Below are positions 1-12,296 of a stretch of DNA of 64,000 nucleotides, one piece after another. The notes below the pieces were generated by a model that had not been told where the DNA came from, did no database searches, and was given only the letters and a program-made list of their open reading frames with translations. This DNA comes from Yuukianura sp. NJ FZ-2021 (lineage: Eukaryota). Position numbers and translations under genes: made by a program. The first letter of the stretch is position 1; the number at the start of each line of letters is the position of its first letter. Where the stretch lies: NCBI GenBank assembly GCA_046563655.1, contig CM102285.1, forward strand, positions 2,542,001 to 2,606,000, read 5' to 3'.

Positions 1-2318
1 GGTAAAGAAGTCGGACTCTTCTCGAATGAATTCTTCCGGAATTCCAATAACGGATGCCCAGCACTGTCTTACTTTGTTGACCAAAATGCTGGTGTTTGAC
101 GCTTCAGTTTTTAGGAATCTAGCGGCGGTTGCGTTACGATCGATTTTTCCAGAAGCAGTTTTATAAAATTCGGAAACAAAGTGAATTTCAGCGGGAATCG
201 CGTGATGTTGAAGACGTTCGGAGAGAAAAGCATTTAAATTTTTCAGCGTCGGTGTATTTTCCAGATTTTCAACGAGACATACTGCAATCAACTGTTGCAC
301 ATTTTGAATTTTCCGTAAGACGACAATAGCGTGTTTAATTCCCGGGAATTTTTGAAGTACAGCCTCGACTTCTCCAAGTTCGAGTCGCATTCCATGAATT
401 TTAACTTGTGAATCTTTTCGTCCAATAACTGTTACCTCACCGTTGTTCCAAAAACCAACATCGCCTGTTTTGTACATTTTGGATCCTGGCTGAAATGGGT
501 TTGGCAACATCGGCTGTGCAATGTCTTTTCCAACGTATCCAGTCATGAGCCCCGCGCCGGAGACATAAATGTCTCCAGTCACCCCAATCGGAACAGGTTG
601 GCAATGGTTGTCCAAGATGTAAACAGAGACATTTGAAATTGGCGGCCCGACAGAAGGAAATTCGTAATTTTGGCCGCCTTTGTATATTTTTGTACAAATT
701 GCAAATGTTTCGGTGCTCCCGTATTCGTAAACGCAGCCAAAGTTTTTCTCTAACAAGTTCAAATTTTCCATTCTTTCTCCACCAAAATGGATCCACTTCA
801 GTTTTGAAAGTAATTGAGCATCATCTTTCCCTGCAACAAGATCGCCTGAAAAATTTCAGAGATCTGGAATTTCATTTTTTTCAAAAACACTTTAATATTT
901 CAAAAATTTGAAAAAAAAATTAAAAATAATTGCTTACGGGTAACTATGTTCGAGGCAAAGAAACTCGTGATTTCATGCTGGTAAATAAAAATTTTCAATT
1001 TTTGCAAATCGAGTCGCGTTGCTTCAGAAGGAATGTGCAAACTTCCTCCAACGAGAAATGTTACCCAAATATCACACAAAGCTGGAAGGAAGCCTGGAGG
1101 CACAATGAACATTGCGCGTAAAGTGGAGTCAACCTGCATATATTTGGCGGTAAAAAGCGTACGGTTCAAAATTGAATCTGATGTGAGAAGTACGGCTTTC
1201 GGTACTCCAGTTGACCCAGATGTAAAAAAACAGTACGGCGTATCGTTTCGGCAAGGATTTCCAACCGCAGTGACATCTTTTGCAGGCAAAGTGTTGTTCC
1301 AACCATCTTCAAACATTGCCGCTTCATTGATAAAAAAGGTGGAGTGATATTTTAAATCAATTTTTTGAATTCTATCGGACGTTGTGATAAGTGTAGGTTC
1401 TCCGAGTTTTGCCAGACATGCTTCAACTTGCGCCTTTGCATAAGTGCTGTGCAGCACCGCCACGGTTTTATTCAACATCAGAACGGCCAAACTGGCTATC
1501 ACGAATGGAGCTCCTTGAGGTAGATAAATAGCTACAAACTTGTTTTGTTCAATGTTTTGAATCTTGGCGGCATCCGAATTTCCAGTGGTGTTTAAATGCG
1601 TTTCTAGTTCTAATTTCAGTTTGACAACGCATGCGTAAAGGTCATTGTAAGAAAGCCGGACGTCATCTTCTTCAAGCTCTTGTACCAAAGCCAACTTCTG
1701 TCCATTTTCGACAACATTATTGAGGAATATGTCAAATAAATTTGCTGGCGCATCTTCAAGTGATATCTTCAAGTCGTTTGAATTGTAAGTTTGTACGACT
1801 AGTTTTTGCTCCCGTGCAGTGAGCATGGGCAGTTTGTCAATTTGTTCTTCTGGAAAACGGAGTCCGGTTTCTAATATTGTGATAACATGCCCGGGTAGGT
1901 TGGACACAAGCGTTGAATTGAGCTTTGTTTCACTAAAATTCACGACAAAACGTATATCCGTTTCAGTGGAAGTGATGCGCAGCACAATTGAAAATTTTTC
2001 AAGCGATTGATGAAGATTTGGCTCAGTTTTGCTTAAAAGTTGCGTTGACTCATTTCTCTGAATGTGAACTTGGTCCAAAGCGTTCCCAAACGTCATTCCA
2101 TCGGTGAAGTCAATTGAAATTTGGAAAATTAAGTTTTGAGTTTCAGAAGTTTGTGCTACCCCAAATTTTATAAATTCTTGCCCACTGTACCGATGCAATA
2201 CTATTCCGAACGCTGTCGTCACAATGTCAATTTTTGTTGCCACATCGCCATCATTCCACACAGTGCCGAAATCACGATCAAATGGCACTTCCATAACGTC
2301 TGTTTCGAGTTGATCCAT
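1..2318 (-). CDS. NRPS-like protein (partial condensation domain - adenylation domain - start of carrier domain), 3'-truncated by window edge; exons 2318-938 and 845-<1
   Basis: ORF 900-2345 gives a C-domain C-terminal segment (LHRYSGQ...LPMLT) and A3 motif FTSGSTGVPK. A phase-1 GT-AG intron (937-846) restores the frame, giving GGE, YGSTE, YKTGD, GRKDSQVKIHGMRLELGEVE, SGKIDR, then WASVIG...DFF of a PCP. Confidence 0.9.
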
Positions 2319-3395
2319 TTTGAAAACTGAAATTTTTAAGACCAATTTTTTTCAAAATTTCCTTAAAATGCTTATGCTTTCCAAAATAATGCTTTGTTTA
2401 CAGGAGCTGATAAGAATTAACATTACTGTTTCGGACAATGAGGTTACTTTATTTTGAAGGCGTCAATTTTATAGGAAGCTACAACGCATCTCAAGCTATT
2501 TTTTAATCCACGGTTGACGTCAATATCAACTACAATTACTTGAAAACGCGTTATCTGTTCTTTTAAATCTGCTAATTAATGGTTTAAATTAATGTTCGCA
2601 TAAGAAGAATCCACTTTCAAACAAAAATACACTTGAAGTAAACATTTCAGTAGCAGGCAAAAGCTGATCTTTGGATGATAATTTCACTTCGTCGAAGTAA
2701 GTTTTTTTCCCACATTAATTTTCAAGTAATAAGTACCGTGATCATTGTTGCGAGGCCAGTGTTTTACCTATTGTTGAAAAATATTAATTTGGAAATATTC
2801 TTATCCAAACTTATTCATACTTATTCAAATTTTTAGAGTATTAATTTTACTGACATTGGTATCCGGTAGAAGGGCGTGAGAATTATTGTCGGTAATATAT
2901 ATGTATAGAAACCATATTGTTTAACATTACATGGCAGCCTCGAGCGCCTCAGATTTTAAATTTGATCTAACCTTTTACGCTTCTGGCGATTTTTACATCT
3001 CAACTGCGCCGTTGAAATTCAAGTTAAAAATTTGTTTTGATGGAAACTTTTACACAAATGGTAGACTTAATATTTTGTGCTTAGGCAAATGCGATAATAT
3101 CACTGCCTAATTCTTCTAGGTTATGAGAGTTGGAAATAAATTCAAACCGCACCGGAACGTGGGAAGTGGTTAACTATAAGATTAGTTTAATTAAATTTAA
3201 TTAGTTTCGGTCTATGGGCAAGCAATTAACTCCTGTTTTACAAGATATTTACAAGTAGGAACCAGCAAATGAGAAACTGTGGAGCAAAAAGCGATTCGGT
3301 ACGAACATATATTCACTATTCCTAAAAGAAACTCAAAAGTTTATATAATTCTTTTTTTTTCAGTTGTGCTTGTTATCTCATAAAATTCATTAAAA

Positions 3396-3611
3396 ATGTT
3401 CAAATTCCAACTAGTACTGGCAGCGTTAATTTTGGCGTTTTGGATCAGCACTGAAGCCGAAGGATCTCTCTTCACAGCTACAGTTGGAAATTGCAAGCAT
3501 TGTGATAGCCATTGCAAATCAGTTGATCCTGACGCCGAAGAAATCGATTGCAAAAGTGCTCCTGGCGGAAAACATCACTGCAGTTGCGCAAACCTTATCA
3601 AGCTTGGTTGA
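3396..3611 (+). CDS. Secreted 71-aa cysteine-rich peptide, defensin-like (CS-alpha-beta-type spacing)
   Basis: Hydrophobic signal peptide ending TEAEG; mature part has 6 Cys with CxxCxxxC...C...CxC; paralogue at 4526. Confidence 0.75.
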   Translation: MFKFQLVLAALILAFWISTEAEGSLFTATVGNCKHCDSHCKSVDPDAEEIDCKSAPGGKHHCSCANLIKLG

Positions 3612-4525
3612 ATTCCTCGATGGTTCAATACAATATTGTATAACACCAGTAGTAATAGCTTATTTACATAATACCTTGAACTTGTACTTGGTACTTGTAA
3701 TATATACAATAAAATAATATGGTTTAGTAAAAGTATGCTGTAATTTTCAATGAAAGATTTATCATCAGAGCTGCCAAAAATATGTTCCAACTTGAGTAAA
3801 ATATTTATTCAAAATCTACATCAAAAACTGAAAATATTTATATAAATATTTCTCAAAATGGGAAGTATTAATATAAGTGAATTGTGTTAAGGTTGGAAAT
3901 CTGTATGAATTTTGCTAATAAACTCACTTAACTCGGAGGATAGAGATATAAGGACATAACTTTCTGTTATGAGAAAACCCCATAAAGGATTCGCAGGGAA
4001 AGCAGGATTATTTTTGAAGTAAAATTTCTGCCAAGATATCACTAAACATGAATTTTGTTTTCTAGTTATAATAACTCGTGGTCTAATGGTAAATAAAATT
4101 TGTCAGGTTGGATCCAGATTGAAGCTAGCAGAAGTTCAAAAAACAATCAACCCATTTAAAATCATTTAATTGAGAAACTGAATTAACCTCAGCCTACATT
4201 TTATTACAATGTAACTGTACAACCGCAAAAGGGGGCATGGAAAGTGGCTGTTCAAAAAGATTAGTTGAATTGCTCTTAATTATCCAGATATTACTAGGCT
4301 TTAAAATTCAGAATCTCCAGAGTTGTTACTTATAGAAGTAATTTTGGACAGTAAGGTGAGTAAGCTGCACATTTTACAAAATATGTTATTCACAGAAAAA
4401 AAATAGTAATTTTAAGAAAAAATGAAAGCAAGATTTTGAGGTTTTTCTTATTGATGGTTAATTTCGCGTAGTTTCAGATCAAGGAAGGGAAATCCATTTT
4501 TCAAAAAAAAAAAAAAAACTTGAAA

Positions 4526-4768
4526 ATGTTCAAGCAATTGGCTTGCATTGCCCTTCTTTTGGCAATCTGGGTGAACACGGAAGCGGAAGGTTCTCTCCTT
4601 GTCGCTAAGCTCAACGACTGCAACCAGTGCGATGAATTTTGCATCGCAATGAGTCAAATGGAAAGCTCCTGTGAACCAAGCTCAAACGGGAAAGTTAACT
4701 GCGAATGTTCTTCATCCATTCCGGAAATGTCCTGTGACGAATTTGGGTGCACCATGACTGGGAAATAA
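4526..4768 (+). CDS. Secreted 80-aa cysteine-rich peptide, paralogue of 3396-3611 with a C-terminal extension carrying 2 extra Cys
   Basis: Shared W..TEAEGSL leader and CxxCxxxC...CxC pattern; AATAAA near 4829. Confidence 0.75.
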   Translation: MFKQLACIALLLAIWVNTEAEGSLLVAKLNDCNQCDEFCIAMSQMESSCEPSSNGKVNCECSSSIPEMSCDEFGCTMTGK

Positions 4769-5889
4769 ATCTGCCCAAGAAAATGCAAAATTTTATGCAT
4801 AAACTCTGTTCAATCCTAAAAGTTGTCAGAATAAAATAAAGTCATTTCAAACAGAAATCTAAACAAAATTCTTTTCGCTTTCTAAGCTCAAGATGCTCTT
4901 GTTTTTCCTACTTCATATCTATCAGAGCTGTTTATGAGTTTACTTATACAATAATCAGGATTGTGGAGAGTGTTTTTTTTCTGTCAGAACAAAATCTTGG
5001 AAATTTTTTTAGATAAACAAAAACGAAAGTAACTTAAACGAGCAAATGCAAGGATGACAAAATGACGTCACGTTTGAGAAAATGCGTTTATGACATATTT
5101 TTTTGAAAACAAATGTTATTTGTATGTTTTATACTTAAAATTAAAAACTAGAGCTAGCCATTAATCAACATCATTGTCGTCATCATCCGGATAAAAATGA
5201 TTCCAAAGAGGATCTTTTCCACGCAAAATGAAAACATTACATACTACGCTTTTTTCCTAAAGTATGGACCGATAACCCACACAGAACGAGTCAGTATACA
5301 AATAAAACAGGAGCTTGAATGACGAAAATAACCTACGCATTGGCATTGTCCTGCGTTTGAGCATGGCTTTCTTTCCCGCTCATTTCTTCTGGAAATGAAT
5401 ACTGGGTGCGCCCAGTTAAAAAAAAGTAATAGTACTTATGACAAGGCGTCGTATCACAAGCATTAGTAACTTTAGTCATAAAGGTCAATCACAATCACTC
5501 AACAACTTTGAGCATATGCATCTGTCCTGGTAAGAGAGTCGGCGTTAAGTGCAGGAAATCAGTAGAAAAGTGTAGTTTTGAGGATCGTCTTTGTACTTTC
5601 ATGTTGATTAGAAGCAGTATGAACACTATGCTATGACTATGTTAAAGATACCAAAGTCTTCCTTATCAGAAACTAAAGTTAGTTCAGTTGTCAATGATTG
5701 CCAAGAAAATCTTTTAAAGTTCTGTTGTTCATCCTATCCAGAACAAACTGGACTTTTTTTTAATTAACTTTATCCGTTTTACGTCATCTCTTGTACTAAT
5801 CCACCTACTCATTCTCCGCAAGTGTAAGACGCAGACATGATTCTGGTACATCCCGTGGTCATACGAAATTGCATTGTGTCCAGTGAAAA

Positions 5890-8800
5890 ATGGAATCCGA
5901 CGACGTCGAAGCCAACTCGGAATCGGAACTCTTATTTAACCAAACACCTACACAAGGTGAAAATACATTTAGTGACAAAATCAAAATAAAGCCAAATCTT
6001 AAATTTTGAATTTTTTTCTCAATAATTTTTGTTGTACAGGAACCTCAAGAAAGCCGTTCTACAACTATGGCGGTCTCAATCGAATTCCCAAGCAACACAC
6101 TACACCACCATCCCCTCCATCGTCTGCTTTTGAAGCAAATCTCACCAGTTTCAAAAAATTGGCAAGCAAACTTGGATTTGGATTGGCGGACAGTGGATTA
6201 CCATCGTCACCAGAGTCGCGCATGACTCTAGGTCTCATCAATGTGATTCCTGACGAAGAACAAGCTGGTCCAGTGGGATTTGGAACAGTAAGTTAGGCAT
6301 TTATTAGTAATTTTAGCAAAACCAAAATTTTGGAGAAAATGTAACTTCGTAGACTATTCTAATTTGAAAATTTTTTCATGATTTCTAAGTTTTTAAAAGT
6401 TACAGAAAATGAACAATTTCAGGCACCTTTGACGCCTAGCAGGTACATTCGTCGATTAAGCATCCTTGGTCCACGTCCTCAACCAATTGAAGAAGTGACT
6501 TCCAGGAGTTCAGTAGATGAACAGTGGAAAATGAATTACAAGGAAGCTGCAATTTACTTGGAAGAAGGAAACAACAATGAAGAATTTTGCAGTCATCCAA
6601 AAAGGACAGAATCGCTGCCAGCATATTTAATGGCACACACGCGGTGGTTCTATCTAGTGGACTTCACTGTTTCGTTGCTACTGCTCTGTTTAACTATGAT
6701 TGAAGCGCCGACGATTTCAACACTAAACGTAATTAAATAAAAAACAACATAATTTTAGAATATAGACGTAATTTTCTGCCTAAGCACATCAGAACTTTTA
6801 GTTTTCTCAACTTACCCCAACTTTGTTGTTTATGTTTTCCTCTAGGTGGCGCCAACTATCCAAGCTTCGTTGGAGCTAACATTTTTGTACACAATTGGAC
6901 TCGGTGTGATAATTAAGACGAGATGGCTTGGACTGCGGAAAACTTTACTGCACCACCGCACACTGTTCAAAATTATCGTACTGTTGCTCATGACAACAGA
7001 AGCAATCGTCATTCTAGTCAGAGGAGTCACGCACTTTCGGATTTCTCGGTGTCTCCGCCCCGTTTTTATTCTTGACAATCGGCATCTCCGAGGAGTTCGA
7101 AGATTCGCACGACAAGTGAGTCCTAGATGCATCTTTGCAACTTTCAAAATTTTAAATTCTAATTTAATTTTTCTAAAAATCTTTTAATTTCAGATTCTGC
7201 AATGCATGCCTCCAATTCTAGACATGTTGGTTCTCCTCTTCTTTTTCATTTTCATCTTCAGTTTACTTGGACATTTTTTATTTGGAGGAAATCGGGTTGA
7301 TCCGTTCTTCCGTACAGTTGAAGATTCATTTGTCAACTTGTTCATTTTGTTAACAACGGCAAATTATCCGGATATCATGATGGAATCATATTACAAGAAA
7401 CCACTCAACGTCCTCTTCTTTGTGTGTTACCTCGGAGTAGTTCTTTACTTTTTTACTAATCTGGTAAGAGTTTTGAAAATTTCGAAAACTTTATTATAAT
7501 CGATTTCTTTCTCGCAAAAAAACGCACTTTTCTAAAAAATTATGCATTTTTATTTTCAGTTATTGGCAGTCGTCTATGACAACTTTACGGCTGTCGAGCA
7601 AGAAAAATTGCGCAAACTCGTTCTGCACAAAAGAAAAGCATGCCAGAAAGCATACCATTTGCTCGTCTCTAAAGCGAACAATCACGGCATAATTTTCCGA
7701 CACTTCTGTGGAATGGTCATGGTCTACAAACCAAATAAACGTAAGTTTTTCAACTAAAATGAATGTTTCCAAGTTTTTTGAAACTGTAAATTGTTTCAAA
7801 ATTCTAAACAGCACTTCGTGACATTTATTTAATGTTTCGTGCCATGGACCATTCTCAAGATGGGTATCTGAACAAGGAAGAATTTTGCAGATTTTTTGAA
7901 TACATTGAGCACCGATGGAGTCCGCTTCTCACGGTTCCTCAAAAACCGTGGAAACATTTTAAGCGCTTTGGAATTCTGATGGTCCAATTCTTGGATTCGA
8001 AATACTCGGATTACCTCTTCAGTAAGTTCTTCTTAGCAAAAAATTTGAAAGTATTTTGGAAAAATTTTTATCGAATTTTTTTCAGATTCTCTGGTTATAA
8101 TCAACACTATTTTGATGCTTGACCGTTGGATGAGTGATGCGCGTGAGCCAACATGGGATTCCTGCCTGTTTGCGTTTTTATTCTCGGTGGAATTGACGTT
8201 AAAAACGATCACGTGGGGAAAGCTACGCATTTTGAGTTCTGGATGGCAAATATATGACCTTCTAGCGACAATTGCTTTTGCGTTTGCCACCGTCCTTAGC
8301 CTATTTCTTCCAAAATGTGGTGAAGTTTTGTTTTTTATGCGACCACTTCGTCTCGTTCGTCTTTTCAAATTGAAAAAACGCTACAGAAATGTCCTTGGAA
8401 CTCTATTTGTACTGTTAATTCCAATGGCTTCTGCGTCAGTCATACTAGTTTTCCTTTACTACTTCTTCGCTATCATCGGAATGGAAATTTTCAGAGGAAT
8501 TGATCTCAGAAATTGCTGCAATGGAACTCTAATTGAGTCATATTTTACTACACCCGAAGATGAAGACACTTTTGCACTACGATTTTACTTGAACACTTTC
8601 AGCGTAAGTAAGGAAGTTTATTTCGCAATACCGTATTTCCTGGCAAATGACACAATTTTTATATTAAAACTCTTGGAAAACTGACACATATTTTGAAAAT
8701 CCAAGTTCAAGTTTTTGAATTACATTGAATTTTTTTATGTTTTTCAGAATATTTTTCAAAGTTATGTGACGCTATTTGAACTGATGGTGGTGAACAACTG

Positions 8801-9218
8801 GTATGTGATTATGGAAGGTCACGTGCGTGTGACGTCACGATGGAGCAGAATCTACTTTTTTCTATTTTACTTGTCGACGATGATTTTGCTCAACATTGTA
8901 GTAGCATTTATTTTGGATTCGTTTCTGTTTCGTATGCGCTACAAACGCACAATTAACAAGTCCGCGGAAGACAAACTCCTGCGCACGGAGGTTCTTCTTA
9001 ATTCAGATGAAATCAATTTCTGTTACCATCAGCTATTTCAAAATGAACAACGACGAGCAGAAATTCTGGAGGCATATGGAGCTGACTTGACCAGAGCTGG
9101 AACAATTACGTACGTTGGCAAAGGAAAGAGGACTAAAGAAATTTTGTTTAAAAGAGTTTGCAAATCCGAAGTTTCTGACTGGATAAAAAACAGCGAAGAA
9201 ATGTTTCCAAAAACTTAG
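5890..9218 (+). CDS. TPCN1: Two-pore channel 1 (about 846 aa); exons 5890-5956, 6040-6287, 6423-6728, 6846-7115, 7194-7463, 7560-7740, 7812-8021, 8086-8603, 8748-9218
   Basis: WKMNYKEAAIYLEEG N-terminal signature; pore motifs LLTTANYPD and LMVVNNW; S4 RPLRLVRLFKLKKRYR; all nine exons join in frame with GT-AG sites. Confidence 0.93.
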
Positions 9219-9296
9219 TGCTTTATATAAGCTTAAATGTTACATAAATTTAATTATAGATAGTAACCAATTTTCCTGCAAATATGAAATTTTTAA

Positions 9297-9309
9297 AATA
9301 AACTTTATT
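9297..9309. terminator. Back-to-back polyadenylation signals (AATAAA-C-TTTATT) between convergent TPC1 and riboflavin synthase-RibD genes
   Basis: Palindromic AATAAA on both strands, about 80 nt after the TPC1 stop and about 190 nt after the RibD stop. Confidence 0.45.
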
Positions 9310-9502
9310 TTTTTCTTTCCAGGTTTTTTTTTAACTTTTTTTTTCAAGCTGGCCAGTTTTTCGTTTTTCTAAATTCTAAATTCTGAACCTTCTTATTAAA
9401 TTCTTGCTAAATTCAAATTTCCATTGCGATTACTAGCAATGGTTATGCCATCGATTATTCTAGTAGACGTGGCTTGCAGCGTCAAGATTATTCATTTCCA
9501 AC

Positions 9503-11522
9503 CTAAGGTTTCTCGTCTCTCAAGTATTCCGTACAAACGTCATTTTCATGCACAGAAATATTGAAAAGTTTCCAAAAATTTTGAATTCTTGAGCTCCCTT
9601 TATCATTTGCAGCCATTTTTACTTCACCCCACCCCGGAGTATTTTTGTCATGTAAAATTGGAGCGTGGTAAATGACCAGTTGATTTACGTGACCTTGAGA
9701 AAGCAGAGCTGATCCAAACGTAGCTCCGCCTTCGACCAAAACTTGAAGAATACCGCGTCGACCAAGGTCGGTCAAGACTAAGCCGAACTCGACATGACCG
9801 GCAACCTGCTTCACCTTGGTTACATGTACTCCACTAGCGTACCACTCCAGTGGTACCAAGGCGTCACTGGATGTAAAAATTTCAGTTGGAGCCATTCCGG
9901 TATTCAAAAGGTTCGAACCCAAAGTGAACGGTTTCGATCCAATCACGACTCGTAAAGGCTGAACGAAATTTTGATCGTCGAATCCGAGCGGAAAGCTCCG
10001 CACCGTCAAACTCGGATTATCTTCAACAGCCGTTCCACTACCGACGATAATTGCTTGTGAAGTAGCGCGAAATCTGCAGTGACTGTCGTTTCTAGCAGCC
10101 TTACCACTCACCCATTGTTGGGTTGGATCAGGATTTGTCATTTTGCCGTTCATAGTTGTGGCCAATTTCAAAACTACCCAGGGAATTCCGGTTTTACGGT
10201 GATGCAGATAAGGACATAGGGATTCTGCTGCTTCTTTTTCTAGTACTCCAGTAACAACAGAAATTCCAGCATCGAGCAACCTCTTGGAACCAGATCCAGA
10301 CACTTTCTCATCAGGATCAATCAGACCTATTACAACACGGGCTATCTTGTGCTGGATTAAAAGCAAATCACACGGTCCAGTTCGTCCGTAGTGGCAACAT
10401 GGTTCCAAAGTTGTGTAGCAAGTGGCGCCATCTAGACGATATGCTTGGTCAGTTGCAATTGCATTATTTATTGCGTTTACTTCTGCATGTGGTTCTCCTG
10501 CCTTCCGGTGGTAGCCTTCGGTAATGACATTTCCGTAAGCATCAGTGATTACGCAACTGCAAAACATAGAAAGAAATTTTCTACTTCATTTTACACAACA
10601 AAAAAATATAATTTTTTTTTAATAAAAAATTTTTTTATAAAAAGCTTAGAATGAGCAAAACTTTTAATGTATTACATAGAATTTACTAATAGTAAATTAT
10701 GCAAAATATTCTAATATTTATTAATATTTATATATTCTATACTAATGTATTAAATATTAATATTTTGGCATACCCAACCCAAGGGTTTGGAGCGGAAGTG
10801 AGACGACCAAGTTCTCCTAACTTAATTGCACGATGCATCATTTTTTCATCTAAAGATTTTTGAAATTCTGCAACGGATTGCTGCTTCCCAGACCGCGTGA
10901 CTTCTTGACCTTGGTCAAACTCAACATTGACCTCGTGTCCTTCCTTCCAGAATTGGATTATAGTGTGATGCAGAGTGTACGGTATTATGGATACCCTCAC
11001 CTTGTTATTCTTGATTTCAGCTACAGTCAATGACACTCCGTCAAGGGCAATGCTTCCTTTTGTAGTAACTTGGTTTCCTAGGCAATCGTGTCCACTAAGG
11101 TCTACCCATACCGAAGTACTTCCGTCTTCAAGCGTAGTTAGTTGCGTAATGGGTGCAACTCCATGAACATGTCCAAGCACCATGTGACCGCCCAAGTGAT
11201 CTCCAAATTTCAAAGCTTTCTCCAAGTTGACAAAAGTGTAACCAGCTAAGGTGTTGAAATCAAGTTGAGAAATTTCATGAAAATTCAAATTCGTTTTTGC
11301 TATCGTGCTAAGATTCGTTTTGGATCGCGACTCTTCCATGACGAAAAACACTACTGTGTCATCAGTAGAGTCCAGAACGGTTAAACAGCAGCCGTTGACA
11401 GCAATGGAGTCGCCTGTAGTGCAGTTGATGAAACACGGTGTGGAAGTTTTTACAAAAATTTGATTTGTATTTGGATTGAACATGGCTTTGCCAATAGCAG
11501 TCACGAGTCCTGTAAACACCAT
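9503..11522 (-). CDS. ribE-ribD: Riboflavin synthase fused to bifunctional RibD deaminase/reductase (600 aa); exons 11522-10774 and 10556-9503
   Basis: MVFTGLV start, GDSIAVNGCCLTV, VNLE..GGH.V.GHV, KGSIALDGVSLTV. The phase-2 intron 10773-10557 (GTATGC...TTGCAG) rebuilds PNPWVG|CVI. Then HAE, PCCHYGRTGPC, DNPSLTVR and VEGG. Confidence 0.93.
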
Positions 11523-11849
11523 GGTAAATTCAGCTCGATGCTCAAAAGCTTTAAAAAATAATTCACTACTAAGTTTCTTGGCAGTTGAAATGAGGTTCAA
11601 AATTTTACGTTAACTTTTCGAAAATCCCAACGCAGCGAAAACTTTAGACTTACAACTGATGCCAACAAGTACAACTAATGACAAATATGTGTGCATTAGG
11701 CGCTTGTAATTAGTTTGATTATTAAACTAATAAGCTTCACTACTTGAATTAGTAAAGGATTACAAAGTGGGTACAGGAATGAATGCTATATGTTTAATGT
11801 TTATGCTCTCTCACTCTCATCAGAATCGCCTGATTTGTATGTGGTCTCA

Positions 11850-12296
11850 ATTTTGACTAAAAAACATTCAAAATCAAAGTCCAGCGTCGACAAATTTTTG
11901 AAGAAAAACGCTTTGTTTCATAGTTAAAAAATGCAATGTCTTAAGTTGACTTTGTTGCTATGTATGTGGCGATGACAATCTTTTTAATTATTAAAAAAGA
12001 GTTTTCCGTATACAAATTGACTTTTAATGAATTGGGGCACCATCATTAAAAGTTAATTTGTATTGATAGTTTGTGAATAACTACCTTCCCGACACGTCAT
12101 ACTCAACTAAATTCAGAATTCACGACCCAAATTTTGAACCAATCACTTAAATTCAAAACGGAAACCTCAAATTAGAATTTAAATTATAACTACCCACGGA
12201 ATTCTTAAGCACAAACTCAGCTTTAAAAACCCAAATTCAGAGCTGAAACTCCAGTTTGAAACCAAAATGGACTCAAGTGCTCCAAAACTCGCTTCC
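11850..12296 (+). repeat. Copy 1 of a duplicated promoter/5'UTR/start-codon block (copy 2 at about 13605-14049)
   Basis: Colinear similarity by eye, from ttttgactaaaaa...caaagtcca through gctgaaactccagttt...ccaaaatggactcaa; boundaries approximate. Confidence 0.85.
12010..12063. promoter_or_regulatory. 21-bp inverted repeat with 12-nt loop upstream of ribH
   Basis: atacaaattgacttttaatga-N12-tcattaaaagttaatttgtat (one mismatch, G-T). The repeat is directly visible; a regulatory role is inferred. Confidence 0.5.

Noticed and set aside
10737-11600. Riboflavin synthase as a separate 287-aa gene with a 26-aa N-terminal extension
   Set aside because: The ORF begins at a non-ATG codon; the family needs FTG at the N-terminus (ATG 11522), and its 3' end is RibD sequence cut by an intron.
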